Part shown: one piece after another, positions 41,816 through 55,187 of the stretch
How the letters are laid out: every line of letters begins with the position of its first letter
Numbering within the stretch: position 1 is the stretch's first letter
Assembly: GCF_009914755.1 (NCBI RefSeq)
Contig: NC_060940.1
DNA length: 64,000 bases
Source of the DNA: the human T2T-CHM13v2.0 reference genome, Homo sapiens
Direction: 5' to 3' (one strand)
Program-made: the position numbers and the translations under genes
The notes under the pieces: model-generated
What the model was told of the DNA's origin: nothing
Seen by the model: the letters and a program-made list of their open reading frames with translations, nothing else
The model's database searches: none

Positions 41816-43428
41816 ACGCCCTTATGAGCAGGCGGCGATGACTCTCACGGAGGAAGCCCCCTCCTCTGCTGGAAGGAGGCCCCCAGCCATCTGTGCCAGA
41901 AGTCATGTTCCCCAAATCCCCGACTCTGAGAGCCACAACATTCCAAATCCTCCATTGCTCCAAGGGGTAATCCCCCTCCCTCCCGCATGGACCTCCCGAC
42001 TCCCGTCCCCCAACCAGCAGGCTACCAGACCCTTCCTTTCCAGATTCTCTCTTTTACCAGGTCAGTCGAAATCCCCAGGTGGCTGGGTCTAAGCCCCAAG
42101 CTTGCACCCCTCATGCCAGAAAGAAGTTGGCCCCTGAGCGGATGAAACTCAAGCTGGCCCTATCCACCCACGTGTGAGATTCCTGCAGAATTATGTGCAT
42201 TTTTTGGTGGGGAGAGTGGAGCTTAAATATTTCTGATGAGACTGAACTGGAGCTGCCTGGAACCATTCTCTGAATTGGATCATCTACCCAGATGCACAAC
42301 CTCACCACTTATCTACTAACCGTCAACAAGGAACTCACATCACGGCTTGGCCAAGAAGCACACCACTCTGCGAATGTACACAGTATCCTTCCAGAAGCGG
42401 GGGAGGCAGCTGCCGTCCCACCCAGAAGCCTATTCCCTGCTCCGACCAGGTGGAAAATCTGCTCAACTCAAAAGGTCAAACCTAGTTTAATTTTATACCC
42501 TTTTGTTAAGAATATGCCCTTAAAAAAACCCAAAAAAACAAAATAAAAACACTTCACGTTTCTTTCCAACTGTTCAAAAGTTAATTCATGTGGAAGAAAA
42601 AAAAAAAGATTAGGATAAAATTTCAAATATTAAATTCAAATGCAGGATTAATGACTTCTATTTCTAAGCCCAAGAGGTTGTCTGGAATTTAGGGCATTTT
42701 TGGAGTAGTCAACACCAGACATAACCAGATGCGGTTGTATTTTGGACCAAGTCAGCACAAATTTAGCACCTTGAAAGACTATATCCACATCTGCCTTAAT
42801 ACAAACAGTTCCCCCTTTCTTAAAACTCTCTGTCCAAAATGAATTCAAAGCCATCAGCTTAAAGACAAAGACTGAACACTTTTTAAATATAAGTGACGGT
42901 AGCTGACAAATGCGAGGCCTGACTCACACCTCCTTCCCACTTTAACCCTTTCTCTGCTTTCACCCTCCTCAAATATACACACACAGGCCCCAAGGACAGC
43001 ACGAAAATGACTAATTTGAAAGAAGGAAAAATCAGGCTCTCCATAAAGCATGGTCTCTCCAGAGTCACTAAGTACTGTAACAAAACATGCCTCAAGTTCT
43101 GCCGATCCCAAGAAGTACTGAAAAAAAATCACGTATGCGAACCCTATCTGGGCAATTTTTCCAGCCCAGTGTGGTTTGGATCATTTAGGAGAAATTCCGA
43201 ATAGGAGTCTGGATGATTTATCCAAGTCCTCAGATGAGCATACTCAAAGAGCATCCCCTCGTGCTATGGCATCGGCAGGAACAGGACGATGGGCATGGGA
43301 CAGTGGGACGATGCCCCAGGGCTGTGATTCCAGGCCCTGGCTGAATGAAGTGTCCTGTGGGACATCAGCAACACTTGGCAAAGAACTTCATGGTCCAATA
43401 CGCTTGGAAAGCACAAGGTACTCTAAGA

Positions 43429-43652
43429 CAGGGCTGGCCAACCATGTCCCGGGGCCATGTTGGACCCTCCACGTGTTTTTATAAATAAAGTTTTATTGGA
43501 ACACAGCCATGCCCATTTGATTATAGACTGTCCATGGCAGCTGCCTGCCACAACAGCTCAGTGTGTCCTTGCGACAGCCCAGATGACCCACGAAGCCAAA
43601 AGCTTTACTAGCTGGCCCTTTAGAGATAGAGCAGAGCAGGGGTCAGCAAACT
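43429..43652 (+). mobile_element. MER58A hAT element with inverted right end
   Basis: aaataaagttttattggaacacagccatgcccattt; 8-bp TSD ctctaaga at 43421-43428 and 43651-43658. Confidence 0.9.
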
Positions 43653-44167
43653 CTAAGACCTTAGAGATTCACAAATTAGAGAGTCAGCACGTTAAACACT
43701 CCGAGAGATCCTGCCACAGGGAACTCTAGTCCACTTGGTCTAGCATAATATTCTCAACTACATTTAATTTTAAAAAAACTTTTCCCTCTCTAAGACATGT
43801 ATTAATTCCTCTCATAGGATGCCCTTCCTAGGACACATTTTGGGAGATACTGGTGTGTGTGCACATGTGTGCTTGTATGTGCAGGGAAGAAATACGTGTG
43901 AGAACAGTCACCACGAGGAAAACACCCTGTGTCCATTTTCGGACACCTCCGGCCTGACACAGCAGGCACAAGAACGTCATTCATGTGGTTACTTAACCAG
44001 CTCTTGAGACACGTAAGAATACCGCATCCACACAACCAAATTAAAAGGTTCCGTTTGTTCAGGAGAGAAATTGTTTTATTACCAATAATTGATTATTTCT
44101 AATATGGAAAACTCCATCTTGCTAAAACAGAGGATAAGAGATAGATCCATAAAATAAGATAGAAGTC

Positions 44168-44469
44168 GCCAGGCGCAGTGGCTCAGGCCTGCAATCCCAG
44201 CACTTTGGGAGGCCAAGGTGGGTGGATCATGAGGTCAGGAGATCAAGACCATCCTGGCTAACACAGTGAAACCCCATCTCTACTAAAAAAAAATACAAAA
44301 AATTAGCCAGGCGTGGTGGCGGGCGCCTGTAGTCCCAGCTACTTGGGAGGCTGAGGCAAGAGAATGGCATGAACCTGGGAGGCAGAGTGAGCCAAGATCG
44401 CACCACTGCAGTCCAGCCTGGGCGACAGAACGAGATTCCATCTCAAAAAAAAAAAAAAAAAAAAAAAAA
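44168..44469 (+). mobile_element. AluY-like with short right-arm deletion
   Basis: ccatcctggctaacac; aagatagaag on both flanks. Confidence 0.94.
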
Positions 44470-44509
44470 GATAGAAGGGACCACCCTGCAGAAGAAGAAA
44501 GAACACAAA

Positions 44510-44882
44510 TAGGGGCTGAACTGGATTCTCTCAAGGATCCCGTGTTGCACCCTAACCCCCAGTCCCTCAGAACACGACTGTCTTTGGAGACACAGCCTTT
44601 AAAGAGATGATGAGAGTAAAATAGGTCATCAGGGTGGGCCCCAATTCAATAGAACCGGTGTGTCCTCATAAGAGGAGAAAATTAGGAGGACACAGACACG
44701 GAAGGAAGTCCCCGTGAGGACCCAGGGAGAAGACGTACGTCTGCGAGCCAAGGAGGGGGCCTTGGAGGAACCAACCCTGTAGGCATCTTGACCTCAGACT
44801 TGCAGCCTCCGGAGCTGGGCATTTCTGCTGTCTGAGACTCCCAGTCTGTGGGACTTTATGGCAGCCCCACACACAATTATAG
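44510..44882 (+). mobile_element. MLT1A-type LTR
   Basis: ctaacccccagtccctcagaacacgactgtctttggagacacagcctttaaagag...tttatggcagccc. Confidence 0.85.
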
Positions 44883-44969
44883 CTAATAAGGCTTCTCAAC
44901 AGAGTACCCATGGAAAATGTCTGATAATGTACAGCTACATTTTATGAAAAAGGCTTCCATTCAGCCTAC

Positions 44970-45165
44970 AGTTAGATCTGAGTTCAAAATCAAAACAGTT
45001 ACCAGCTGTGTGAGTTTGGAGACGCGACTCACTCTCTCCGATTCTATGCCACAAAATGGAAACACCGGCACCTGCTTCACCTGAGTCTTCCTCACAGGTT
45101 GCTGGTGAAGACTGAGTGAGGGAATAGAAGTAAAACCAAGTGGCACAGAGGGGCCATCGATGAGC
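44970..45165 (+). mobile_element. MIR fragment
   Basis: gatctgagttcaaa...ttaccagctgtgtgagtttgg...cctcacaggttgctggtgaagactgagtgag. Confidence 0.6.
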
Positions 45166-45589
45166 AGCCTTCCTCATGATTACTGTATTTCTTCTATCCT
45201 AAGGCAACATCGATTGTGATTCACCATCAACTGGCTAAGAGATTTTAAGGAGCAAAGAGATGCCAGCCTATATGTGCTCATCAGTGACAAAATGCACTCT
45301 GATTAGAGAAACACACAGATGGGAGGGAAATGAAATGTTTTTCCAGGCATTGAGAGAGTGTGATATTCCTCTTGGTTTTATATTTAGAGAGGCACACACC
45401 TCATCGCGATGTGGAAATGGTGATACCAGATCCTGGTGCGGGGCTCTGTAGCACGGACTGGGAATGCCAGGGCATTCCTCCAGGGCATGAGTGAAACAAA
45501 CAAGGCTTGGTGAGAACCTGTACACGGTCATACCCCACCCATGGGTGGAGGAAGGGCTTCAGCCCAGACCTCCCGATAGCCCCTCCTGA

Positions 45590-45945
<356 letters not shown>

Positions 45946-46536
45946 TAACCCACAGAGTGACCAAATTAGTAGCAGAACAAGGAACTTTATAGATGGATTT
46001 TACTATATGAACTCCTCGGTGATTCCAAATTCAAGAATTCTTGTCATTTTTATGACATGTCTTGTTTTTCTCTGAGCCTGCAAGGTCAGTGAGGACAATC
46101 AGGTCAAATGAAAGTGGCCCATGGATTTCACCAATCCAGGAGCACTATAAGGGAGTAAATGGAAATCAGACCAGGCCCAGGAGGTTGTGTTACTGGGGAG
46201 ATACTGAGCGGTGTTACAAAGGGAAGTTCATGTACCACAGGTGGGCCCATTTACAGCTTGAACTTCAAGCAGGAGTAACTTTTTCCACCAAAAGAGTTTA
46301 AAACTCTTCTCCAACTCCCAAGGAAAACAAAATAATTTTGATCCTATAGAGACAATGCAGACCCTACTGGGAACCAGCACAGAGACCACCAGGCAGCCAC
46401 TTTCCTTATGCAGGAGAGCTGACTACCAGCTCCACACAGAGCATTTGAGAGGAAGAAAAAGGTTTCCAGGGAATCCATTCATAGCATTATATTCCTCAGG
46501 TTAGTGCTTTGAGAGGCTCATAAAAAAATGCAAAGG

Positions 46537-46817
46537 GGCTAGGCGCAGTGACTCACTCTTGTAATCCCAGAACTTTGGGAGGCCAAGGTGGGCAGTTCAC
46601 CTTAGGTCAGGAGTTCAAGACCAGCCTGGCCAACATGGTGAAACCCTGGCTCTACTAAAAATACAAAAATTAGCTGGGCATGGTGGCTCACACCTGTAAT
46701 CCCAGCTACTCAGGAGGTTGGGGCACGAGAATCACTTGAACCCAGGAGGTGGAAGTTGCAGTGAGCCAAAATCGTGCCACTGCACTCCAGCCTGGGTGAC
46801 AGAGCAAGACTCCATCT
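46537..46817 (+). mobile_element. AluS
   Basis: Dimeric Alu whose tail is replaced by a GGAA array. Confidence 0.94.
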
Positions 46818-46975
46818 AAGGAAGGAAGGAAGGAAGGAAGGAAGGAAGGAGGGAGGGAGGGAGGGAGGGAGGGAAGGAAGGAAGGAAGGAAGGAAGGAAG
46901 GAAGGAAGGAAGGAAGGGAGAGAGAGAAAGAGAAAGAGAAAGGAAAAGAAAAGAAAAAAGAAAGGAGAAGAAAAA
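46818..46975. repeat. (GGAA)7(GGAG)6(GGAA)11 followed by GA-rich tract
   Basis: Units counted directly over 46820-46915. Confidence 0.95.
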
Positions 46976-47859
46976 GTAAAGGACTAACGTGAGATAGGCT
47001 TCAGGGTTTTGAAACAAGACCTCCCAGGGAAACTGAGAGCAGCAGGGAACACACAGCAAGGGGAACAGTGCCCAGACTTCTATGCCCCGTGCTTGTTAAA
47101 CCCTATTTCCAGGTACTCAGCAGGGAAGCAAAAAGTTGACATCAGAACTCACTGACAATGAGTAATGGATATGTCTTTTTCAGAGTGTGCGCTCAGATAT
47201 CCTCAATTATTCCTCTTAAGAAAATCTTGAGTTAAGGATCATTCTAGGAATTTTTATAAAAAGAGGACCCTGGAGTGGGAAGACTCTCTGGGACTAACCA
47301 ACCACCATGCCCTGGGCTCAGCTTCCCTTGGAGACTCAGGTCACACTCAGGTGGCTTTGGGGAACCTGGGCTGGGCTGGTCCTTGCTGCCCCTCCTTGAC
47401 TTTGCTGCTTATGTCTGGTTTGGGCCAATATTAAATTCAGTTTGCATTCAGGGAGGATCTGCAAGGTCAGCTAGTGGGTTCATGATGTGGGGCAAGATGA
47501 GGAGGAATGAACCCAGGCTGAGCTCAAAGAAATACCAAATTGCATAACAAAGATGAGGGCTGGGAGCCCTGATATATCACTGAAACAAGGGCAGTGCTGG
47601 CAGAGAACAGGGATCCATGAAAATATGTAGAACAGAACAGATGATTGTCTAGACAGTCAGATGCAAATCCAGAATTGCCATCTCAGGGGCTTTCTAGAGG
47701 ATATTTTTTGTTTGTTAATTTAGGCTTCTTTTGCTTCAATCTAGATGCTAGACTTGGGGGTTTTATTATCTCATCAGTTGATCCAGAAGCCCTTGGAGAA
47801 GCTGCCACTCTCGCATCAGAGCACCAGCCTCCAATAATAAGACCCACGGCACGTTATGG

Positions 47860-48100
47860 GCATGGTAAAGGTTAGTGGACCCTGGAGCAAGGCTGACCAC
47901 GTGAGGTTCTAGCTCTGGACATGCACCAGCTCTGTGACTGTGGCCAAGTCACTCCACCTGCCTGACCCTTGTGTTCCTTCTGTGTAAAGAGCAGTGGGGG
48001 GGCACCGACAGCACCTCCTCAACCGCCGCAAAGATTTAGACTATCATCGGCGTTAGCAGGCACGGAACATGTGTGATGTGTTTTGTTACTATTATTCATT
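47860..48100 (+). mobile_element. MIR
   Basis: gcatggtaaaggttagtggaccctggagc...ccagctctgtgactgtggccaagtcact. Confidence 0.65.
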
Positions 48101-49659
48101 GGAGCTGCTGGGAACCTTTGCTCAGATGCTCCACACACAGTGTCTGGCACAGCACAAGCACTCGGAGAGGGAGTGCTGTTATGTTCATTACAGGTGCATC
48201 GTGGCCCTTGCTATTTGGATGGATTTGCTGAGTTTGGGCAGTGTATAGATGGGGATATGGGTACAATGACCCTTTTTTCAGCATTCTTATTATCAGGAAT
48301 TCCTCCATGAAGGCAGAACCCAGCCTGGCTTTCCGGAGCAGCATCCCTTGGATAGCAAAGAACAAGCCACTCTTCTAGACAAACCAGTGAGGTACCAGGT
48401 ACCCAGACACACACTTATCTCAGGCTCTCTCCTGTCCTGAGTACAAGAGGAAGAGCCTGGCCAATTCTGTCCCCTGCAACTCAGCCAGCAGGGCCGGGGC
48501 AGCTAACCCATTTGAATGATGCTCTCCAGGACCCAGGAGGCTGAACAGGCTCTCAGGACAGGGGCATCAGCCTGGCCTCCAAAAAGCCACATTCCCACAG
48601 GCACTGCTGGGAGCAGGGCCAGTGAGATGGGCCAGGGGCTGAGGGGCCAGGCCAGGTCTGCACAGGAAGTCCGCGGGGTGTCCGTGTGCTCACCCCCCCT
48701 CAGGATCACAGGAGCTGGGATCAGCTGGTGTGCTGGAGCCATGGGTCCTCAATCTGTCATGACACCCCAGGAAAAAATACAGCTCAAATACTGTTTTTTC
48801 ATCCCTTTTATTATCCTAACGAGACTTAACCTGGAAGCATCATTGGCACCAAATGGCAAGCTGCAGTCAGCAGCATGTACAGGGATGCAGCCGTGCGGCA
48901 GGCTCTGCGTGGATATGGGAGCGGTCACTGCAGAGCCAGAGGTCAGCAAGGCCCAGGCCTTGGCAGCGTGGGACAACCGGGACTGGCATAAAGGAGGCCA
49001 AGGGGCAGCATCCTCCCTGACAGCTTTATGGCCTGGCACCCAATCCTATAAAAACTGCCAGAGTAATGAGGTCCAGAGGCCTCCCTAGCACATGATGTCA
49101 CCGTGGTGGGCGGGGCTGCCCACCTTGGAACCCAGAACCTGGAAATCAGCTGTTTCCAGCTGCATGGGGCTGTCACCCTCAGGCTGGTCCTAAGGCTGGA
49201 GCCTAGGGTGCCTGTGAAACCCACACGCTTCTTTCCCACACTAAGCCATTCACAGACACCACCTACCCTCCACCATGAGGGAATGATGTCTCTGGATATT
49301 GCCCTGCTTGGGATATTGGATTAAAGGGCAAAGGCTCCTGGGAGTGACAGTTGAGTGTCACTGGCCATTGACACCTTGGTGTTTGGGGAGTCCTGCCACT
49401 TTCCAGTATCACCTGGGCCAGGACATAAATATTAAAAGGGCTTGGCCACCAGGGCTCTCTTCCCCACATGCAGGGCTGGCTTCTCAAGTGTACAGAGGAC
49501 CTCGTCCTCGGTCTAACCCTCTGCTGTTGCCAACGTGAGATTCTTCATGACTTTCTGGGCCGCCCCCACCCCCAGTGATGCAGCCGGTCCCACCCACGCC
49601 CCGCAGGACCTGCCTGGCTCGTCGCCAACTCCTCCCGCATGCCCTGCTTCCAGATAGTC

Positions 49660-49820
49660 TCTTATGGAATCCTCAAACAACCCCAGGATGTGGGGAACGG
49701 TGTGGAGGCCCGTTGTGTAATGTGGAAGCCGGGATACATGAGTAGCGTGTAATTCCCTAAGACCACACCCCTGGCAAGCAGCAGCCCCGCACGGGCACCC
49801 AGGTAGCCTCTCCAACCCCA
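49660..49820 (-). mobile_element. MIR fragment (GC-shifted)
   Basis: aatcctcaaacaacccc...cctaagaccacacccctggcaagc. Confidence 0.5.
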
Positions 49821-50169
49821 GCCCTGGTTCCTCCTCCACATCCTGCTTTCCCACATGTTGGAGAGGCCTCAGGGAAGAGCTGGGGCAGCCAGGCTTGCTG
49901 GGCAAGGCCTCGTTGGGGAAGGGGAAGGCCCAGATCATTATTCCAGAAGAGAAATTCCAGGTGAGGCCCCAGTGGAGAGCATTAGAGGGGCAGGAGGCTA
50001 CGGTAGAGAGGGGTGCTGTGACGTCCCATGGCTCTGTGAGCACCGGGTGGGTTCCTGGGGACCCTCCTAATTCCACTTCTCCTTCCTGAAGACACGGCCT
50101 AGGAGGGTTGGGTCCCACAGCATCACAAAGGCATCCGAGAGCCTCTGACGTCAGAAGAGGGGGCTCTCA

Positions 50170-50513
<344 letters not shown>

Positions 50514-51253
50514 TCAGGACCACAGAAATGGGGTCTGCTCCTCCCCAGTCAGTGTGAGCACCATGATGGGGTGAGCCCCTCCGAAGTCCACCCAGCCTGC
50601 ACAGGGTGGCATCAGAAACGGCCAGGAAGCCCTGAGAAAGTGGGTCTTGGGCAGGAACAGGCAGAGCCATAAACAAAAGCAAAGGGAACCCAGGAGGGGG
50701 CGTCCAGAGAAGCGAAAGCCCCAGGAAAACACCTAACAGGTGTCTTGTCAGGACACGTGCAGAGGACAGATGCTGGCACCAGCCTTGGTGAAGACGCTGT
50801 GTTGGGAAGCAGCAGAAATCTCAGCTAAAATTGGTTCAGGCCAAAAGGAGATGCACCAACCCACCATCTGGATGCCCCAGGACAGGCCACGTTAGGGACG
50901 GTGACGGAGGCTCATCAACACCTCGGGACTCTGGGTCTTCCCATCTCTCTGCTCTGCCTGGGGCACTTCAGCCTCCTGCTCCGCCTGGCAGCAAGCCAGC
51001 TGTGTACTTGCTGCCTCCATCCAGACAGGCAGAGGCCAGGGACAGAAGGGAGACCATGTACCCAGGATTCCTCCATGCAAGAAAGAAACCTTTCCCCAGA
51101 AAGCCCCCATCTCCCCTGGGACCTGGGAGGCTGAGCTGGCTCCAGGGCTGGAGGAATCACACCCGGGCTCCCTGGGTGCCATGTCCCGCACGCAGCAGCA
51201 GGCCGAATGGCCCCTAAGACAGGCGAGGTGTGAGCGGAGCATTCACAGCCTCC

Positions 51254-51360
51254 CCATGAGCCTCTCCAACCCACGAGCTTCCCCAACCCACGAGCTTCTC
51301 CAAACCACGAGCTTCCCCAACCCACGAGCTTCCCCAAACCACGAGCTTCCCCAAACCACA
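51254..51360. repeat. 17-bp minisatellite x~6 (ccacgagcttccccaa(a/c))
   Basis: Units at 51254 (degenerate), 51271, 51288, 51305, 51322, 51339. Confidence 0.95.
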
Positions 51361-52129
51361 CCATTCCTCACATCGACATGAACTCTGTAAAAAGACCAGG
51401 GCCATGAACGTGCCTCTGAGCCCTGGTGCTGTCACAGACGGGCCCTGTGACTGGTTAGTCCCACAAACCTCGCCCGGGCTTCCCATGGCTTTTTGGAAAA
51501 ATATCACAGTTCATATTGTGACCTAGAAGGTTATCAGACGAGAGCATTTGCCCAGCATAACTGAAGCCAGACTGGGCTGAACTAAGTGATAAAACAACCT
51601 CAGAGCATGTTGTTTGGCACCAGGGAGTAGGGTTGGAGCCCAGATCATGCCAAGAGCTGGTGCAGCGGAGATTCCTGCCCACCGCCTCCAGCCCCAGCAT
51701 CCAAGTGCACTGCGTTACAGCCAGGATTCAGCTGCACCCACAGGCACCACGGGAGCAGCGGCTCCAACAAAGTGCTCGTGGAATTTGTTTTTTTCACATA
51801 AGGGTCTGAGCTGTGCTCTCTGAAATCACCAGGATTTTCCTCTCTTGTTAATGGTTGTGTCCACCCACACAATAGCGATTCGGTACCGTGTCTCCACCCA
51901 GCTACTGCAAGAAGGCTTCTCTTACTTCAAGACACACGCAGCCTGTTACACGCACATCAGCCGTCAAAAAGCCTGGGAAAAGCATTCTGTGTTCTGTAGC
52001 TTGCCTAGTTAAACACTCTCACTGTGGAAGGGAGGGGGAAACGAGGGTGGAAAACAATCAGCCGTGTCAGCCTCCCTCTCCACGTGCCGGCTACAGAGGG
52101 CTTCCTTCTGTTCCTCTGAAGGGGAACAA

Positions 52130-52405
52130 GCTCTTCACAGAGGCTGTTCCCTCTGCCAGGACACTTCCTCTCCTATCTCCTAGCTAACTCCTTCACTGCC
52201 CTCAGACCCCAGCTCAGTCACTCGGCCACCCCACCTGGCCACCTCAGAATTTTTTTATAATCCCTTCCTGTGATCGTTTGACTGACGGCTGCCTCCCTCG
52301 AAAGATGTTACGTGTCCCAAGGTGGAATGTCAGCTCGTTTCCTGTTAGGTGCCAGCACCTACTCCAGGGCTGACCCCTCTGGCTGAAGAGCTGAGTAAAT
52401 GAATC
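52130..52405 (+). mobile_element. L2 3' region
   Basis: gctgttccctctgccaggacacttc...ctaactcc...ctcagaccccagctcag...gctgagtaaatgaat. Confidence 0.65.
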
Positions 52406-52480
52406 ACCCTCCTGAGTCTCCAGGTCCCCTGCACGTGGACACGACTCAGAGCCGTCACAAGAAAGCAAATGAAGATCTTA

Positions 52481-52776
52481 GGCCAGGTGCAGTGGCTCAT
52501 GCTTGTAATCGTAGCACTTTGGGAGGCCAAGGCAGGTGGATCTCTAGGGCCCAGGAGTTCGAGACCAGCCTGGGCAACCCCGTTTCTACTAAAAATACAA
52601 AAAATCAGCTGGGCGTGGTGGTGTGTGCCTATAATCCCAGCTACTCGGGAGGCTGAGACAGGAGAATCACTTGAATCCAGGAGATAGAGGTTGAAGTGAG
52701 CAGAGATCATACCACTGCACCCCAGCCTGGGTGACAGAGAGAGAGAGAGAGAGACTGTCTCAAAAAACAAACAAAC
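52481..52776 (+). mobile_element. Alu (J/S) with internal (GA)n expansion
   Basis: 19-bp TSD aaagcaaatgaagatc(t/g)ta at 52462-52480 and 52777-52795. Confidence 0.95.
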
Positions 52777-52844
52777 AAAGCAAATGAAGATCGTACCAGG
52801 GGCTGACACCAGAGATGCCTGACTAAGTGGCAGGCACCATCCCC

Positions 52845-52990
52845 TGTTTTAATTTGCTTAATCCGCCCAGCAGCCTTTTTCTTTCTAAGGCAGGTTTTGC
52901 TCTTATTCCCATTTCACAGAAGAGGAGACGGGGCAGAACTGAGTCAGCTGAGGAGGCAGGCTGGGACTGAACGCAGCTCTGGAGCTGGCA
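52845..52990 (-). mobile_element. MIR fragment
   Basis: cttattcccatttcacagaagaggagacggggcaga. Confidence 0.55.
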
Positions 52991-54044
52991 CACTTGGGGT
53001 TCCGGCAGTTCCCTTTCTGCACTTTCTGGCCAGCGAATGGGGAAACCTGGGCCGTCTCCACGGGCCACAGACCTGCTGAGGGAGCTCACAGTGCAGAGGG
53101 TCCAGGGTCCCTCCTGTTCTTGTCCCCAAGCCTCTTCTGGGAGCCCCTCCCAGTTGGACCCGAACTGTGGCTCACGTAAGGAAGCCATGTGTTCCTGCCC
53201 GCCCAACCCCCCAGAAGAAGTGCTTTCTGCACAAGGTCCCCGAGGCCCCACAAGCCCAGAGATCCATGATTCCATGCAGTCAGTGCCTCCGGGCTCAGGG
53301 CCTCTGGAATATGGCCGTGTGGCCGGTCCCCTGCAATGGCTCCTGGAGACCCACAGCCAGGTGACACATGGCTGTCCGCTCCTGAACCACAAGCCAGAAC
53401 ACAGGCAGGTGTGTGCTCTGAGAGGTGAGGATGGGGCCTAGGCCTGGAGCAGCCTGCAGAGGATGTCAAGGAAATGCTAAAACATGCCCCAGAGAAAAAT
53501 CTGCCTGAAGTAACTCAGTCAACTTCTGTATTATCCTTTTTTTTTTTTTTTTTTTACCAAAAAGCCCCCACCCAAAACTACGCTGTTATAACGAAAGGGA
53601 TATGCATTCATTCATGCAGGAAGAGGAGGAGAATATACCAAGTACAAAAGAACAGGCTTATCCACATCCTGCCGCCAGCACTCACAGGCAGGGAACCTCC
53701 CGGTTCTCGGTGTCAAGCCTCCCTCCTGGAGGAGAAACCCACGCTGGTGTCATCACAGGTTCAGTGCGCCTCCCTCTACGACCTCCACAGGAACAGAAGG
53801 GGCTGCTTTCGCCATCCCTCCCACAGGGACGGGGTGTGCATGGTGCGGGGAGGTGGTGCCGAATACCTTGCACAAACGACACCTGTTCCTCGACGCTAAA
53901 GTTTCCTGAGGCCTCCCCTGTGTCGGATGCCGCGGGTCCCCAGGGAACACGGCGTGGACTCAGGCTTGGCTTCTGTCTCCCATCTCCTACCCATCTCCCC
54001 AGCTTCTCATCATCCAGGGTACGCACAGGAGACAGTTGTCTTGT

Positions 54045-54275
54045 TTGTAACAAACATTTTTCCAGCACTCTCCACATGCTAGGCCTTGCTCTAAGCACTT
54101 TACAAAGGCTAACTTGGTGATTCACAACCTTACAAGGTACGTACTCTTATCACATTTTACAGATGAGGAAATTGAAGCCCAGAGAGACCAAGCCACTTGC
54201 CCAAGGTCACACAGCAAATGAGTAGCAAAGACTGGATTCAAACCCAGCCATTTGGGCTCCAGAGCCCGTGCTAAT
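54045..54275 (-). mobile_element. MIR, well preserved
   Basis: cattttacagatgaggaaattgaagcccagagagaccaagccacttgcccaaggtcacacagc...ggattcaaacccag. Confidence 0.9.
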
Positions 54276-54431
54276 GGTCTCAGAAACACAAGCTGCCCCA
54301 CCATGAGTGTGAGGGACACAGTGAACCCACTTTGCCAGGGGAAATGGAGACGGGAGCTGCCGCATGGGACGGAAGGCACTGCTAACGTACTTTATTTGTT
54401 TTTTAAGGCCAGCCAGACGAATGAGGTACAA

Positions 54432-54592
54432 GGCAGTAGCTATGCACCTGGCTATACCTGAGAATCGCCTGGGGCGCCCTGAAAACTGCTGCCCAGAATT
54501 TGATTCCCTTAGTGTGGGCTGGAGCCCAGGAGTCAGTGCCTGTTAAGGCTTCCCATGCCACTGCACTGTGAAGCCAGGTTTGAGAACACCTG
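54432..54592. mobile_element. MER5A-type hAT element
   Basis: gaatcgcctggggcgcc...gggctggagcccaggagtc...gccaggtttgagaacacctg. Confidence 0.7.
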
Positions 54593-54599
54593 CTGTGTC

Positions 54600-54760
54600 C
54601 ACAGATTCCAGCTACATGACCCTGGAATACTTGCTTGACCTCCCCAGGCCTCAGTTTCCCCATCTGTGAAATGGGAATGCTACCGCTTTGGTGTGAGAAG
54701 CTGCGTGTCACACACACACCTCGCTGGGGCCTGGTACAGCCCGTGAACCACGTCGTTGTC
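54600..54760 (+). mobile_element. MIR fragment
   Basis: ggcctcagtttccccatctgtgaaatggg. Confidence 0.75.
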
Positions 54761-54810
54761 AGCCCTTACTCTAAAGCACACGTGGCTCTCTGCATGCAGG
54801 CAGAGCTGGG

Positions 54811-55187
54811 TGAACTGATTTTCCCGGGCTGCCATAACCACGTCGTGAGACCAGGCAGCTCAAACCCCAGATATGCACTTTCTTATCATTCTCAAGGCTG
54901 AACATCTAGGATCAGGTGCCAGCAGGGCTGGTTCCTCCCGAGGCTTCCCTCCCTGGCTTGTAGGCAGCCATCTTCTCCCTGTGTTCTCATATGGTCATCC
55001 CTCTGTATGTGTCTGTGTCCTCATCCCCTGTTCTATGGGGACACCAGTCATTGGATTAGGGCCCAATGACTCACTTTAAGTTAAGCACCTCCTTAAAGAC
55101 CCTATCTCCAAACATGGTGACATTCTGAGGGCCCGGGGCTAGAGCTTCCACACAGGAATTTATCAGGAACAAAATTCAGCCTATAAT
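54811..55187 (-). mobile_element. MLT1A-type LTR
   Basis: gggctgccataacc...ggacaccagtcattggattagggccc...aaagaccctatctccaaa...aattcagcctataa. Confidence 0.88.

Noticed and set aside
48516-50118. 190-aa (+) and 201-aa (-) ORFs
   Set aside because: Low-information G/A/P/S-rich translations, partly overlapping a MIR; no domain or exon structure
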